Of a stretch of DNA of 32,000 nt, positions 19,537 through 29,445 are shown in pieces (position 1 is the first letter of the stretch; every line of letters begins with the position of its first letter). A program made the position numbers and the translations under genes. This DNA comes from Amoeboradix gromovi X-113 (taxonomy: Eukaryota; Fungi; Sanchytriomycota), in the NCBI GenBank assembly GCA_018985225.1, contig JADGIF010000032.1, positions 1 to 32,000 of the forward strand, written 5' to 3'. The notes beneath the pieces were generated by a model, which was not told the DNA's origin, did no database searches, and was given only the letters and a program-made list of their open reading frames with translations.

Positions 19537-20811
19537 TTATTTGATTGCTTCTAAAGATTTAGAGATGGCCTCTACTCCTGTTTTAATTTGCTCGCTGTTA
19601 ATCACTAGCGGAGGAGCTAATCTAATTATATCATTCTTTGTAGGCCTTGATAGAATTCCAAACTTCTTCATTTCCAAGCACAAATCCCACGCGGAATATT
19701 TAGAATCAATCTGAATTGCATTCATTAACCCTCTGCCTCTAACATCCGATATAACAGGTGATTTTAGATTTCTTAGAGCCTGCCTTAGCAACTCACCCAT
19801 TTCTAAAGCATTTTGAACTAGTTTCTCATCAATAACTACTTTCATGGCTTCCATTGCAACAGCGCAAGCCAATGGATTACCCCCAAATGTACTGCCATGC
19901 TGTCCTGGTTTTATAACCGACAATATCTCGTCGTCTGCCAGCACACAAGAAACTGGATATAGTCCACCGCTTAGTGATTTACCAAGCAATACTATGTCTG
20001 CACGTACATCTTCATGATCTATACATAACATTTTACCAGTTCTGCCAATCCCTGTTTGGATCTCATCAGCAATCAGTAAAACATTGAACTTAGTGCACAG
20101 TTCGTTTAATTTAGATAAGTAGCCTTCTGGAGGTAGTATAATACCTCCCTCGCCTTGAATTGGTTCTATAATGAAGGCCGCAATATGCTGATGATGTTGC
20201 TCAAAGCATTTTATGACATCTTCCAAATTGCCATACCTTATGATATTGTTAGTGACCGGACAAACAGGACCTACATTGCTTAACCTGGGACCAAAGTCAG
20301 AGTAAGCTGAAGGATCGGTAGACATCGCAGTAGCACATAAAGTACGTCCGTGAAAATTATTACTGCACGCGAGAATAATTGCCTTGTTTTCTGGAATGTT
20401 CTTTTTAAGATATCCCCATTTGCGACTTAGTTTAATAGCGGTATCTACTGACTCTGCACCCGTATTGGTAGGTAAGATCTTATCGTATTGAAACAATTCA
20501 GTCATAAATTTTGCATAGGTACCAAATTGGTCATTGTAAAAAGCACGGCTAGTCAGTGACAATTTCTTAATTTGATCTTCCATCGCTTTAACAATTCTTG
20601 GGTGGCAATGTCCTTGATTTACACTGCCAATGCTGCTGAGAAAGTCTAGATATTTGTTCCCTTCTGGATCCCAAACATAAACACCACTGGCTTTAGAAAT
20701 AACAACAGGCAATGGCTTGTAGTTGTTCGCACCGTAGTGCTCTTCGTATTGCATTAGCTTTTGAGACGAGAGGCTCGAATTCTTAAAAAAGCGGCGAAAT
20801 AGCTGCGACAT
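19537..20811 (-). CDS. OAT: Ornithine aminotransferase (class III PLP enzyme)
   Basis: YGANNYKPLPVV, SVNQGHCHP, FHGRT, EPIQGEGG, ADEIQTGIGRTG, LGKSLSGG, HGSTFGGNPL. ATG at 20811. Confidence 0.96.
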   Translation of the reverse strand: MSQLFRRFFKNSSLSSQKLMQYEEHYGANNYKPLPVVISKASGVYVWDPEGNKYLDFLSSIGSVNQGHCHPRIVKAMEDQIKKLSLTSRAFYNDQFGTYAKFMTELFQYDKILPTNTGAESVDTAIKLSRKWGYLKKNIPENKAIILACSNNFHGRTLCATAMSTDPSAYSDFGPRLSNVGPVCPVTNNIIRYGNLEDVIKCFEQHHQHIAAFIIEPIQGEGGIILPPEGYLSKLNELCTKFNVLLIADEIQTGIGRTGKMLCIDHEDVRADIVLLGKSLSGGLYPVSCVLADDEILSVIKPGQHGSTFGGNPLACAVAMEAMKVVIDEKLVQNALEMGELLRQALRNLKSPVISDVRGRGLMNAIQIDSKYSAWDLCLEMKKFGILSRPTKNDIIRLAPPLVINSEQIKTGVEAISKSLEAIK

Positions 20812-20889
20812 TGTACTAAAAATAGAGGGCACACACCGATAAAAGAGTTTAAAAAAAATCAGCCGTCTTGCAAGGCTCAAAATAATTAT

Positions 20890-20973
20890 TGCACAGACTG
20901 GGATTCGAACCCAGGCGGACTTCGTCCACCAGAACTTAAGTCTGGCGCCTTAGACCAACTCGGCCATCTGTGC
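20890..20973 (-). tRNA. tRNA-Leu (anticodon UAA), intronless
   Basis: GCACAGA/TCTGTGC acceptor stem, D arm GCCGAGTTGGTCTAAGGC, anticodon arm CCAGA-CTTAAGT-TCTGG, long variable arm, GGTTCGAATCC, discriminator A. Confidence 0.96.
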
Positions 20974-21051
20974 CTAACAATTTTGGCGGCATTTTTGTGT
21001 AACAACCTCTATATTAACCTGGTCTACAAACTTTAATTTTTCTTGCACTCC

Positions 21052-22440
21052 ATGCTAGATGGATTCCTTGTTATCAGTATGAGCGGTCTCTTAGAATACC
21101 AATATGTACCTTTTGATCAGACCGCAGTATACGAATTAGCTACTACTTATCTAGAATCTGTTCTTGACAGTAAACCGTTTGAAAACACAGAGTACAAGTT
21201 GCATCATTTTTATTTTGATCCTTTTATTTTTATTTTGATTCATCATATTAGTAACAACATCAAATATGTAGATGATGTATTTCAATTTACAGCGTCGAAT
21301 TTCCCCAGCACCAATTTTGATACTTTATTAAAGCAATATTTATTAGCACAGGAAGAAAAACCTGAAGGAAATAAACACAAAATAAAAAAGACAAAAAGAT
21401 CAAAAGTCCAAAAAGATCTTAATGAGGATATGGATGATTTGAATTTTAGCAAGGCTTCTGAGACTAAGTCAGTTGCGAAAATTGATATTCAACCAACGCG
21501 GAAACAGCTGCTCCCTCAGACTAAAAGTTATATTTCAAGCTGGATTAACAAACTTAGTGGCCAGCAGCGCATAACGGATGATGACCTGGCTACTTTGCTA
21601 ATAGATTTAGAACAGTTATTTGTCAAAAAGAACATCGCTCAAAATATTGCAAATGAACTAATTCAGCAGATTAGACTTCAGCTGAAGAACAAGCAAGTGG
21701 GGAGATTCCAGAGTATATGGCATATCATACAGGATGCAACAAATGATTACTTGACAAGGTTGTTAATTCCCAAGCAATCTACGGATTTACTCACATTGAT
21801 GCGCAATAAACCATTTGTTTTGGCTTTTATAGGTGTCAATGGTGTCGGCAAAACTACCAATCTTGCAAAGATATGCTACTGGCTTTTGATCCACAAAAAA
21901 TCAATTTTAATCGCTGCTTGCGACACTTTTAGAAGTGGGGCGGTGGAGCAGCTTGCAATCCACGTTGATCGCTTGTCGGCTACATTTGACACAACTATAG
22001 AGCTTTTCCAACAGGGATATAAGAAAGATGCAGCAGCCGTTGCTAAAGATGCCATAGGATACGCCAAAGCAAACAGTTTTGATGTGGTTTTGATTGACAC
22101 TGCTGGTAGAATGCAAGATGATGAGCCTTTGATGAGATCTTTAGGGAAGTTGGTCCAGATGAATCCAATTGATAAGATCGTTTTTGTAGGTGAAGCTTTG
22201 GTTGGGAATGAATGCATTGAGCAATTAACAAAGTTTAATAATGTGATCAAACAGCGAGCCAATAGACAAGTAGATTACATATTGCTAACAAAGTTTGACA
22301 CAGTAGACGATCTAGTAGGTGCAGCTATTAATATGGTGTATTTGACAAAGCAACCAATTTTATTCGTTGGAGTTGGGCAAGAATATCAAGATATATGCGA
22401 GTTAGATGTTGCAAGCGTAGTAGCAAGTATTCTGAAGTAA
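21052..22440 (+). CDS. SRPRA: Signal recognition particle receptor alpha subunit
   Basis: Longin-like MLDGFLVIS, then GVNGVGKTTNLAKI, DTFRSGAVEQL, DTAGRMQD, TKFD, GQEY. Confidence 0.96.
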   Translation: MLDGFLVISMSGLLEYQYVPFDQTAVYELATTYLESVLDSKPFENTEYKLHHFYFDPFIFILIHHISNNIKYVDDVFQFTASNFPSTNFDTLLKQYLLAQEEKPEGNKHKIKKTKRSKVQKDLNEDMDDLNFSKASETKSVAKIDIQPTRKQLLPQTKSYISSWINKLSGQQRITDDDLATLLIDLEQLFVKKNIAQNIANELIQQIRLQLKNKQVGRFQSIWHIIQDATNDYLTRLLIPKQSTDLLTLMRNKPFVLAFIGVNGVGKTTNLAKICYWLLIHKKSILIAACDTFRSGAVEQLAIHVDRLSATFDTTIELFQQGYKKDAAAVAKDAIGYAKANSFDVVLIDTAGRMQDDEPLMRSLGKLVQMNPIDKIVFVGEALVGNECIEQLTKFNNVIKQRANRQVDYILLTKFDTVDDLVGAAINMVYLTKQPILFVGVGQEYQDICELDVASVVASILK

Positions 22441-22441
22441 A

Positions 22442-24178
22442 TCATCTATATTTATTGTACACCATCTTTACTGTTTCTCCAAAATGAACAAGAACTTCCA
22501 TTAAATCGTTACTTTCATCGAGCTGTGTGACATCATAGAAACTTCCACGCACCCTTTGCAATATATTCCTTGGAGGCGCTAACAATCTACTCAACATCAG
22601 CCTATACTCTTTCAATTGATTAGAGATCATCCCAAGCATTCTTTGCGACTTACTGTTTTCAGATTCCATCGCGAGTAAATCTTCCCTAGACTTCAGATTG
22701 TCTTGCTGTAGCTGCCTGAAATAATCTGATAGGCTTACCTTTATTGCATGTATGGTCGGGTTGCTTTCAAAGCTACCTGTGATCACGTTGTTAATTGTTC
22801 TTGGACTACTAAGCCATTCTATGAGATTTTTAAATTTATTTATTTCTTCGCCCAATTCCTTGTTAACGGCTCTTAATTGAGTGTTTTCTTTAAGTAAAAA
22901 CTCTAATTCTTTGTTTTCAATTGGATTTGTAGTAAAATTCACTAGATGCTGTGCTACAGCCATATATTGCTTGTATGTCATACACTGGGATGACAAATCT
23001 TTGCTTAGTAACTGCAATTGATGAAATGGTGGGTCGGTTAACCTGTCTCTGCTAAACTCAATGTTAAACGATGGTAATTGAGCAGATAAATCTTGAAACC
23101 AGTGAATGTTCTCTAAAGAATTTCTAACAGAGCTTGTTAATCTAAACGATTCAGCAAACTCCGCTCTCTTTTCCTTTTCGTCTTTTAGAGCATTATCCAG
23201 TACATCGCTTGCATTTTCAATCAAGTCTGCCAGTTGATCTTCCCATGCCTTTCTTCTACCAAATTCTGCAACTCCTGTGGTATAGTTTTCCAGTATATCA
23301 TGAAGAATTTCTAACTGTTGTACATCAGCTAAAACGCTTTCATAGAGCATGCTGGTCTCTTTCTGATCTCTAATAAAAATCGCGGTTGCAGATTGATGTT
23401 CTTTGATTGCCTCGAGTCTCTTAACAAACTCATTGTATTCAGATTCATGAATAGATAATGCTTCCAAGTAAACAGATTTAGCTTGGTTTTCCAAGTTTGT
23501 TAAAATTGATAAATTAGAAGATTCATTGGTTATAGATTTTTCTGGTGACTCGATATATTCTTGATAAACCGTCAAAAGTTTGGTATATATCATATCCGCT
23601 TGGTTCAAAAAAGGTGAGAAATCCTTATTTTGAACTTGAAAGGGATTAAAAGGCTCAACATTAGTAGGGAATCTCAAGTTATCACACAGCTGCTGAACTT
23701 CGTTTACAGATGCTTCGCAGTGGTTATACCAGTCTGATAATTTAGAAATTGGTAATCTTACGTCCAACTGTTCCAAGACAGCCAGCCAGTCTTTGGATTT
23801 TATTAAAATATCATTAAGTGGGCGGACATTAAATATCAAAACCGAAGGATGTGTGTTGACCTGCAATATTAGAGCTTGAGCAGCCCTAGACCATAAATGA
23901 CATTCGGCCATCAATTTATTATAATGATACATCAATGCCTTTAAATGCAAAAGAGTCTGCTCCGCTATGTGCAGCAAACGCAATGCTTCATTTTCTTCGT
24001 CTAGTGGCTCATTTATAAATGGATAACTCGGCTGTGTATATTCTGGAATATTTGCAATTTTATTCTTTGGAAATACAAAAATATCTTTCTCATCATCTTC
24101 GTATGCTCTCATACCATTTTCGTCAATCAGTATACATTCCTCCAATGGTGAACTTGACTTAAAGATGTGCAAGAGCAT
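22442..24178 (-). CDS. Atg11/RB1CC1 (FIP200)-like autophagy scaffold, short form
   Basis: N-terminal ILIDENG..IFVFPK, the Atg17-like motif YTTGVAEFGRRKAW..EKEKRAEFAESF, and coiled coils. Confidence 0.6.
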   Translation of the reverse strand: MLLHIFKSSSPLEECILIDENGMRAYEDDEKDIFVFPKNKIANIPEYTQPSYPFINEPLDEENEALRLLHIAEQTLLHLKALMYHYNKLMAECHLWSRAAQALILQVNTHPSVLIFNVRPLNDILIKSKDWLAVLEQLDVRLPISKLSDWYNHCEASVNEVQQLCDNLRFPTNVEPFNPFQVQNKDFSPFLNQADMIYTKLLTVYQEYIESPEKSITNESSNLSILTNLENQAKSVYLEALSIHESEYNEFVKRLEAIKEHQSATAIFIRDQKETSMLYESVLADVQQLEILHDILENYTTGVAEFGRRKAWEDQLADLIENASDVLDNALKDEKEKRAEFAESFRLTSSVRNSLENIHWFQDLSAQLPSFNIEFSRDRLTDPPFHQLQLLSKDLSSQCMTYKQYMAVAQHLVNFTTNPIENKELEFLLKENTQLRAVNKELGEEINKFKNLIEWLSSPRTINNVITGSFESNPTIHAIKVSLSDYFRQLQQDNLKSREDLLAMESENSKSQRMLGMISNQLKEYRLMLSRLLAPPRNILQRVRGSFYDVTQLDESNDLMEVLVHFGETVKMVYNKYR

Positions 24179-24217
24179 GAAGGAGATTAATTTTCATAAT
24201 TAAATCTTTTTGTAAAC

Positions 24218-26485
24218 ATGGGAGTAGCAAACCTCTGGCAACTAGTACAACCAACTGGCCATGAAGTTCAATTGGAAACTCTTCGCAATAAAATTGTAGC
24301 TGTGGATGCATCGATTTGGATATACACTTTTATTCGTAGTTTACATAACCATGGGGAATTTAGTTATTTACTGGGCTTTCTGAAAAGAATAGCCAAACTA
24401 CTATATTACGGTATCAGGCCTGTATTTGTATTTGACGGTAGGCCTCCGCAGCTAAAAAAGCGAGTGATTAATGCTAGAAGAAACAAAAATGAATTTGACC
24501 CTAAGAAACTGGCTTTACAAATCATGAATGATCCTAAAATAATTCACAACATTAACCCCAAAAATGATATGTATAAAATGCCTTTCGTCAATAATAAATT
24601 TACTAATTCCAACAATGATATTAGAATGCCTCTGCTTCCTCAAGAATTTGTAAACGCGTTTGAACAGTACCAACACGTTAGTACACTACATAGAAACAGC
24701 AGATCCTCAAATACCCAACAACAGCTTGAGATACATTCTACTACGGACCCACTTGAATTTAGTAAAATGCAGGTCAGAAATGTTCAATATCGCCATAATG
24801 TTACTAACGAACTTCACAAAGTAATTGGAATGAACCAAGAGAAACCTCTATTGGGAAACAGACTCAAGTCATACAAGTTTTCAAAAAGTACCAGCAATGT
24901 GCAGGATTTTCATCCAGAATCAAACTGGTTTGATGATACTACGGATAACGACCACCAGCTATTCAATACTTGTGACAAAACCGAGTCTCTTTATGTTGAA
25001 GATAGCCAAAATATTGAGCTTCATAGTGAAAACAATTCAGTTATTGATTTAATTTCTTCCGAGTCAGAGTTTGAAGATGTTGCACCATCTGCGGATACTC
25101 CATTTAATGCAGATATAGATTGGTTCATCGCTTCATGGCAACCCTTCGCACCGCCCAGAACATTCAAAATATTTGATTCTACAATTTTTTATGACTTGTT
25201 CCAACTGAGCGGAACTGACATTAAAGCAAAGATTGCAGAGCTTTCCAAATATAGAGATAGCGCATTCAAGGAATCTTACTTGTATATTATTCAGTATTTG
25301 GATGCTATATTGGAATACAAACATATGAACACTGGTTATAGAAACTTTAAACCTGAGCCTACTAAATCGAAGCCGTCGTTCTCTTATGCCACTAACGACG
25401 TTGTTAAACCTCAAAACCAGTCAAGCTTAATCAGGTTGTTTCAAACAGCTCCAAAAATACAAAAAATAAAAATTATTAAAAATGAAAAGTTGTTTAAGAT
25501 AAACTACGAATCGCCGTCATTGCCTGATATGCCGAAAGCAGATGAAATTAGTGAGAATAATATAGAATTGGCAATTGTAGACACAAATTTGATGGATACA
25601 GATACATCCATTGTTAACGAAATTCATCACGCTCAAGTCAGTGGCGTAAAATCAGAAGACTTGTCAAATGATCCTTCAAAAGCAACACAACCAACGGCTC
25701 TAGGTTCTAATCCAGTACAGTCTGCCACAATAAGTAGTGAAATGTTGTTAGAATGCATGCATCTTTTAAAACTATTTGGAATACCTTATATCGTAGCACC
25801 GCAAGAAGCAGAAGCACAATGCGCTTATTTAAATCAGAATAAACTGGTAGATGGGATAATAACAGATGACAGTGATGTGTTCTTGTTCGGCGGCATAGAC
25901 ATATACAGACACATATTCAAAAACAACATGCAAGTAGAGCATTTCAATACAGAACAAATTCAAAGCGATTTAAGTTTAAATAGACAAGATTTTGTAGACT
26001 TGGCGCAATTATTGGGTAGTGACTATTGCTTGGGATACAAAGGAGTAGGTCTCATAACAGCGATGGAAATACTATTAGAATTTGGCGATTTAAAAGGGTT
26101 CAACAGATACTGTATGCAAATTCAATCCGGTCACAAAAATGATAGAAACGATAAATTCAAAACTATAGCAAAAAAAGTGTTGATACCGAATGCATATGAG
26201 ATTCAGCAAATCGAAGATGCTTATCTGAGGCCAATAGTAGACGAAAACAAAGAGGAATTCGTGTTTGGGGAGATATTGTTGGAAGAATTAAAGGATTTTT
26301 TGAATATGAAATTAAAATGGGAACATAGCAAAACAGAAGAATTACTAGGACCTGTAATAGAGGCACAAAAGAATAGAAAACTGAGTGGATATCAACAAAC
26401 ACTGAATTTTAGTAAAAGCGGTAAAGAAATTAATTACGGAAGTAAACGGCTGACTCAAGTTATGGAACTGTTTAGGCAGAGGTAA
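24218..26485 (+). CDS. RAD2: XPG/Rad2 structure-specific endonuclease
   Basis: MGVANLW..VAVDASIW..PVFVFDG (N domain), a long spacer, then LFGIPYIVAPQEAEAQCA..TDDSDVFLFGG..LLGSDY (I domain). Confidence 0.95.
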   Translation: MGVANLWQLVQPTGHEVQLETLRNKIVAVDASIWIYTFIRSLHNHGEFSYLLGFLKRIAKLLYYGIRPVFVFDGRPPQLKKRVINARRNKNEFDPKKLALQIMNDPKIIHNINPKNDMYKMPFVNNKFTNSNNDIRMPLLPQEFVNAFEQYQHVSTLHRNSRSSNTQQQLEIHSTTDPLEFSKMQVRNVQYRHNVTNELHKVIGMNQEKPLLGNRLKSYKFSKSTSNVQDFHPESNWFDDTTDNDHQLFNTCDKTESLYVEDSQNIELHSENNSVIDLISSESEFEDVAPSADTPFNADIDWFIASWQPFAPPRTFKIFDSTIFYDLFQLSGTDIKAKIAELSKYRDSAFKESYLYIIQYLDAILEYKHMNTGYRNFKPEPTKSKPSFSYATNDVVKPQNQSSLIRLFQTAPKIQKIKIIKNEKLFKINYESPSLPDMPKADEISENNIELAIVDTNLMDTDTSIVNEIHHAQVSGVKSEDLSNDPSKATQPTALGSNPVQSATISSEMLLECMHLLKLFGIPYIVAPQEAEAQCAYLNQNKLVDGIITDDSDVFLFGGIDIYRHIFKNNMQVEHFNTEQIQSDLSLNRQDFVDLAQLLGSDYCLGYKGVGLITAMEILLEFGDLKGFNRYCMQIQSGHKNDRNDKFKTIAKKVLIPNAYEIQQIEDAYLRPIVDENKEEFVFGEILLEELKDFLNMKLKWEHSKTEELLGPVIEAQKNRKLSGYQQTLNFSKSGKEINYGSKRLTQVMELFRQR

Positions 26486-26500
26486 TTCTAATTCTAATAA

Positions 26501-27601
26501 ATGGATTTTTATTTATATTATACTGAAACCATGATTTCAATCTTGCCAACTCCTGGAGCTTTCAAAAATCAGATGGATTTATTTCTTAAAAATAGTGCTA
26601 GAGTGAAACTTTCATCACTGTACTCTGGAGATGAAATAAAAAAGGGTATTCTAATAGTGGACGGGCAGAGAAGTAAAAGGTCACCTAGCGCCTTTCCGAA
26701 TACAAAATATTATGTACGGCAACAAGGTTGGATAAACAGCAGATTCATCCCGAGTCCACTAAATGAGCTTGGAGAATTATATCATTGTAAGCTGTATGTG
26801 TTCGACAAGCATGTTATATTAACAGGAGCTAACCTAGGTAAGGAATACTATACGAATAGAAAAGACAGGTATTATGTTATTAAGAATCATCATTTTGCTG
26901 ATATGATGGATGAATTGCTGTCATTTATGTTACAGACTAACGCATTTCAAAGCAATCCAGATGAAGAAAGGAAACTGGACATCTCAGGAGTAAAGCAAAT
27001 ACAGAGATGGAGCAACTTTCAGTGCCGAAAGATCGAAAATACATTTAGACATATGCCAAAAGGAACACATATCCTGCCTATTCTTAATTGGCCAAGACTG
27101 GGCATTAAGTTTGATATTTTAAGGTTTTTGAGGACCTTCTATCCTGACAATTTATTTACTTTAAGCACAGCTTACTTCAATCCTGGCGCCGAATTGACGG
27201 ATATGATCAGCAGAAATGCTACCGTAATTGCTCCGAGCATAGACACTCATGGTTTTCATAACGGAAAAGGACTCAAGAAGTACATTCCTCTTCTTTACCA
27301 AGATATGGTTAATAAAAATGACATAAAAACGTGGTCAAAAGAGGGAAGTTCTTATCATGCCAAAGGGATATGGATTGAGGACAAAGAACATATTGTAACA
27401 GTTATTGGGAGTAATAATTATGGCAGCAGATCATCAAAAGATGTGGAATTAGATTTCATAATCTTGACAGATGATATGATGGTGAAAAATGAAATTAAAA
27501 ATGAAATTGATGGCATTTTAAAGAATTGCAAGAATAGAGATGTCGTTAAGCTACCTTTTTGGATCAGCTTAGTAAGCAAAGCGACTTCTCGCATTTTATA
27601 A
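26501..27601 (+). CDS. PGS1: CDP-diacylglycerol--glycerol-3-phosphate phosphatidyltransferase (PLD family)
   Basis: HCKLYVFD..ILTGANL..YYTNRKDRY and YHAKGIW..IGSNNYGSRS..DVE. The start may be 26531. Confidence 0.85.
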   Translation: MDFYLYYTETMISILPTPGAFKNQMDLFLKNSARVKLSSLYSGDEIKKGILIVDGQRSKRSPSAFPNTKYYVRQQGWINSRFIPSPLNELGELYHCKLYVFDKHVILTGANLGKEYYTNRKDRYYVIKNHHFADMMDELLSFMLQTNAFQSNPDEERKLDISGVKQIQRWSNFQCRKIENTFRHMPKGTHILPILNWPRLGIKFDILRFLRTFYPDNLFTLSTAYFNPGAELTDMISRNATVIAPSIDTHGFHNGKGLKKYIPLLYQDMVNKNDIKTWSKEGSSYHAKGIWIEDKEHIVTVIGSNNYGSRSSKDVELDFIILTDDMMVKNEIKNEIDGILKNCKNRDVVKLPFWISLVSKATSRIL

Positions 27602-27619
27602 TAAATTTTGAAACCTTGC

Positions 27620-28066
27620 ATGTTTAGAAAATTAGAGGCGTCCTCGCTATCTCTTCAAATATTTGCTATGTTATCAGCTCATTTTCTAATATTTAGCATA
27701 TTCGTGATGTTTATGCATCTGTTTATTAATTATCCAATATCCTTGTATGCTATATTTTACCCATTTGGACTCTTTACAAGGTATTCTTTGCTTCTGAGTC
27801 TGTGTTACTTGCCTACCGTTTTAGTAACGTCCGTAATTTACTCAAAGCTGGTCATGAGGTACAAAATTGCATGGGACTTTGGGTTAACGCTTGTTATAAG
27901 TCAGCTTATTCTTTCGCTGTTGTATAGCCGCACAACTTCAACATGGTATCTGGGTATATTGGGTGTATATTGCGGACTGTTTATTTTACTAAGCCAATAT
28001 ATATGCATGCACTTTGAAACAGAGCCTATAGACATTCAAATGCAACCAATGAAGAGAAACGAATAA
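27620..28066 (+). CDS. SYS1: Golgi membrane protein Sys1
   Basis: Four-TM small protein with QI, RYKIAWDFGLT and SQYICMHFETEPI (Sys1 motifs DF.T and EYLCMxxELxxI). Confidence 0.75.
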   Translation: MFRKLEASSLSLQIFAMLSAHFLIFSIFVMFMHLFINYPISLYAIFYPFGLFTRYSLLLSLCYLPTVLVTSVIYSKLVMRYKIAWDFGLTLVISQLILSLLYSRTTSTWYLGILGVYCGLFILLSQYICMHFETEPIDIQMQPMKRNE

Positions 28067-28271
28067 ATACTTTATTTTTACTAGTTCTGCTTTAACGAAT
28101 TCTCAGCGATATGAATATTCTATTGTGCATAAAAGATTTAGATCTTTTGGTGGCCAAGCCAAAAGCGTCGGTGAAAGACACACGTTATCACAAAACTGCA
28201 TCATTTTACAGACGTACGCTCTACACGTCTCATGATGCAATACCATAAAATCTGTATCAGCCTGTTTATTC

Positions 28272-29418
28272 ATGCTATCCATTTTACCAATAATATATTG
28301 CAGTATCCAGCAAGATCATTGGGCTGAGGATTATCAATATACCGTAAGAACAGAAGAAAACAGCCAAAAAATCAGCTATGTAATGTTGGCTGATGAGCTA
28401 TATCAAGTTCCATGTGGAAGAAAAACTGCTGGTTGGGTAAGAACTATGTGGCATGACTTTGGTACTTACAGTCGAGTTGATAATACTGGGGGACTAGATG
28501 GAAGTATCATCTACGAACTAGGAAGGCTAGAAAATACTCGTTTAGACACCCCAACCTATAATTTGGCGAACAAAGCTAATACTTATGGTGTTTCGTTGTC
28601 CGATACAATTGCTCTTGCAGCGATAATAGCAATTAGAAAATGTGGAGGTCCAAAAATCCCTTTTTTTTATGGTAGAGAAGATGCAGCTTCAGCAAATCCT
28701 GGAGGCAGAATGCTGTTTACCAACGCAACGTTTGATATGATGACCAGCGCAATGATTGATGTAAACGGAATGTCTTTCCCCCAGTTTGTAGCCTCGATTG
28801 GTGTCGGGCATACAATTGGAAAACTAAATGCTGTACATATTACTAATGCAGGACTTTGGACCAATGAAGGAGGGCCCTCTTGATGTTACGATAGATTCAC
28901 CCAGCAGTTTTGATAATTTGTACTTTCAAACTCTTTTAAAAAATACAACAGTCTCTGGTTCTGGTGTTCCAATAACCAAATTTGCTAGCGATCAAATGCT
29001 ACTTACTAACGACTACTCTACTAGAATGGTTCGGCGCCTAAGCAGAAACCAGCCTTTGTTTTTCAAGCTTACTAATGCTGTAATAACGTATATGACGACC
29101 ATTGGCCATGATGATCTGTACTACTTAAATCTGTGGAAATTCATCGAAGGAGCAAGTTGCAAGTCTTCAGAATCGACTATTTCATATGGAAGTCCTAATA
29201 TAAATCAAGGACTCGGATCTGCAGCCACTGATCAGTCCAAGGGAAATGAAACTGTTAATGCGATTGATCCCAATGCAATAGTTACAAAACCAGGCGATAC
29301 AGTGGCTCAGACGACTTTAGCTGACGCAATGTCAAGAGCATTTACGCCAGTAACAAACGAAACTAAAATAACTGAAGGCGACTTACCAAAACCTGGTCCA
29401 GTAAATATGAAAAAATGA
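28272..29418 (+). CDS. Putatively secreted heme peroxidase, fungal hybrid-B-like (~375 aa; exons 28272-28832, 28852-29418)
   Basis: Distal WVRTMWHD, TGGLDGSIIYELGRLEN, GGPKIPFFYGRED, proximal GHTIG, FDNLYF, SDQMLL. S/T/P-rich tail. Confidence 0.85.
28833..28851 (+). other. Spliceosomal intron, 19 nt
   Basis: GTACATATTACTAATGCAG with a TACTAAT branch site. Phase 0; joins the two peroxidase ORFs. Confidence 0.92.
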
Positions 29419-29445
29419 TGTTAAATTTAAGTAATTTATTGATTT

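Noticed and set aside
28140-28170. U2 snRNA-like 5' hairpin (cttttgg..ccaaaag)
   Set aside because: Lacks the GTGTAGTA branch-pairing sequence.
2480-29418. Stop-codon reassignment or programmed frameshifting as the reason for split ORFs
   Set aside because: Each break is explained by a GT-AG micro-intron, and TAA, TAG and TGA all end conserved genes at the expected positions.
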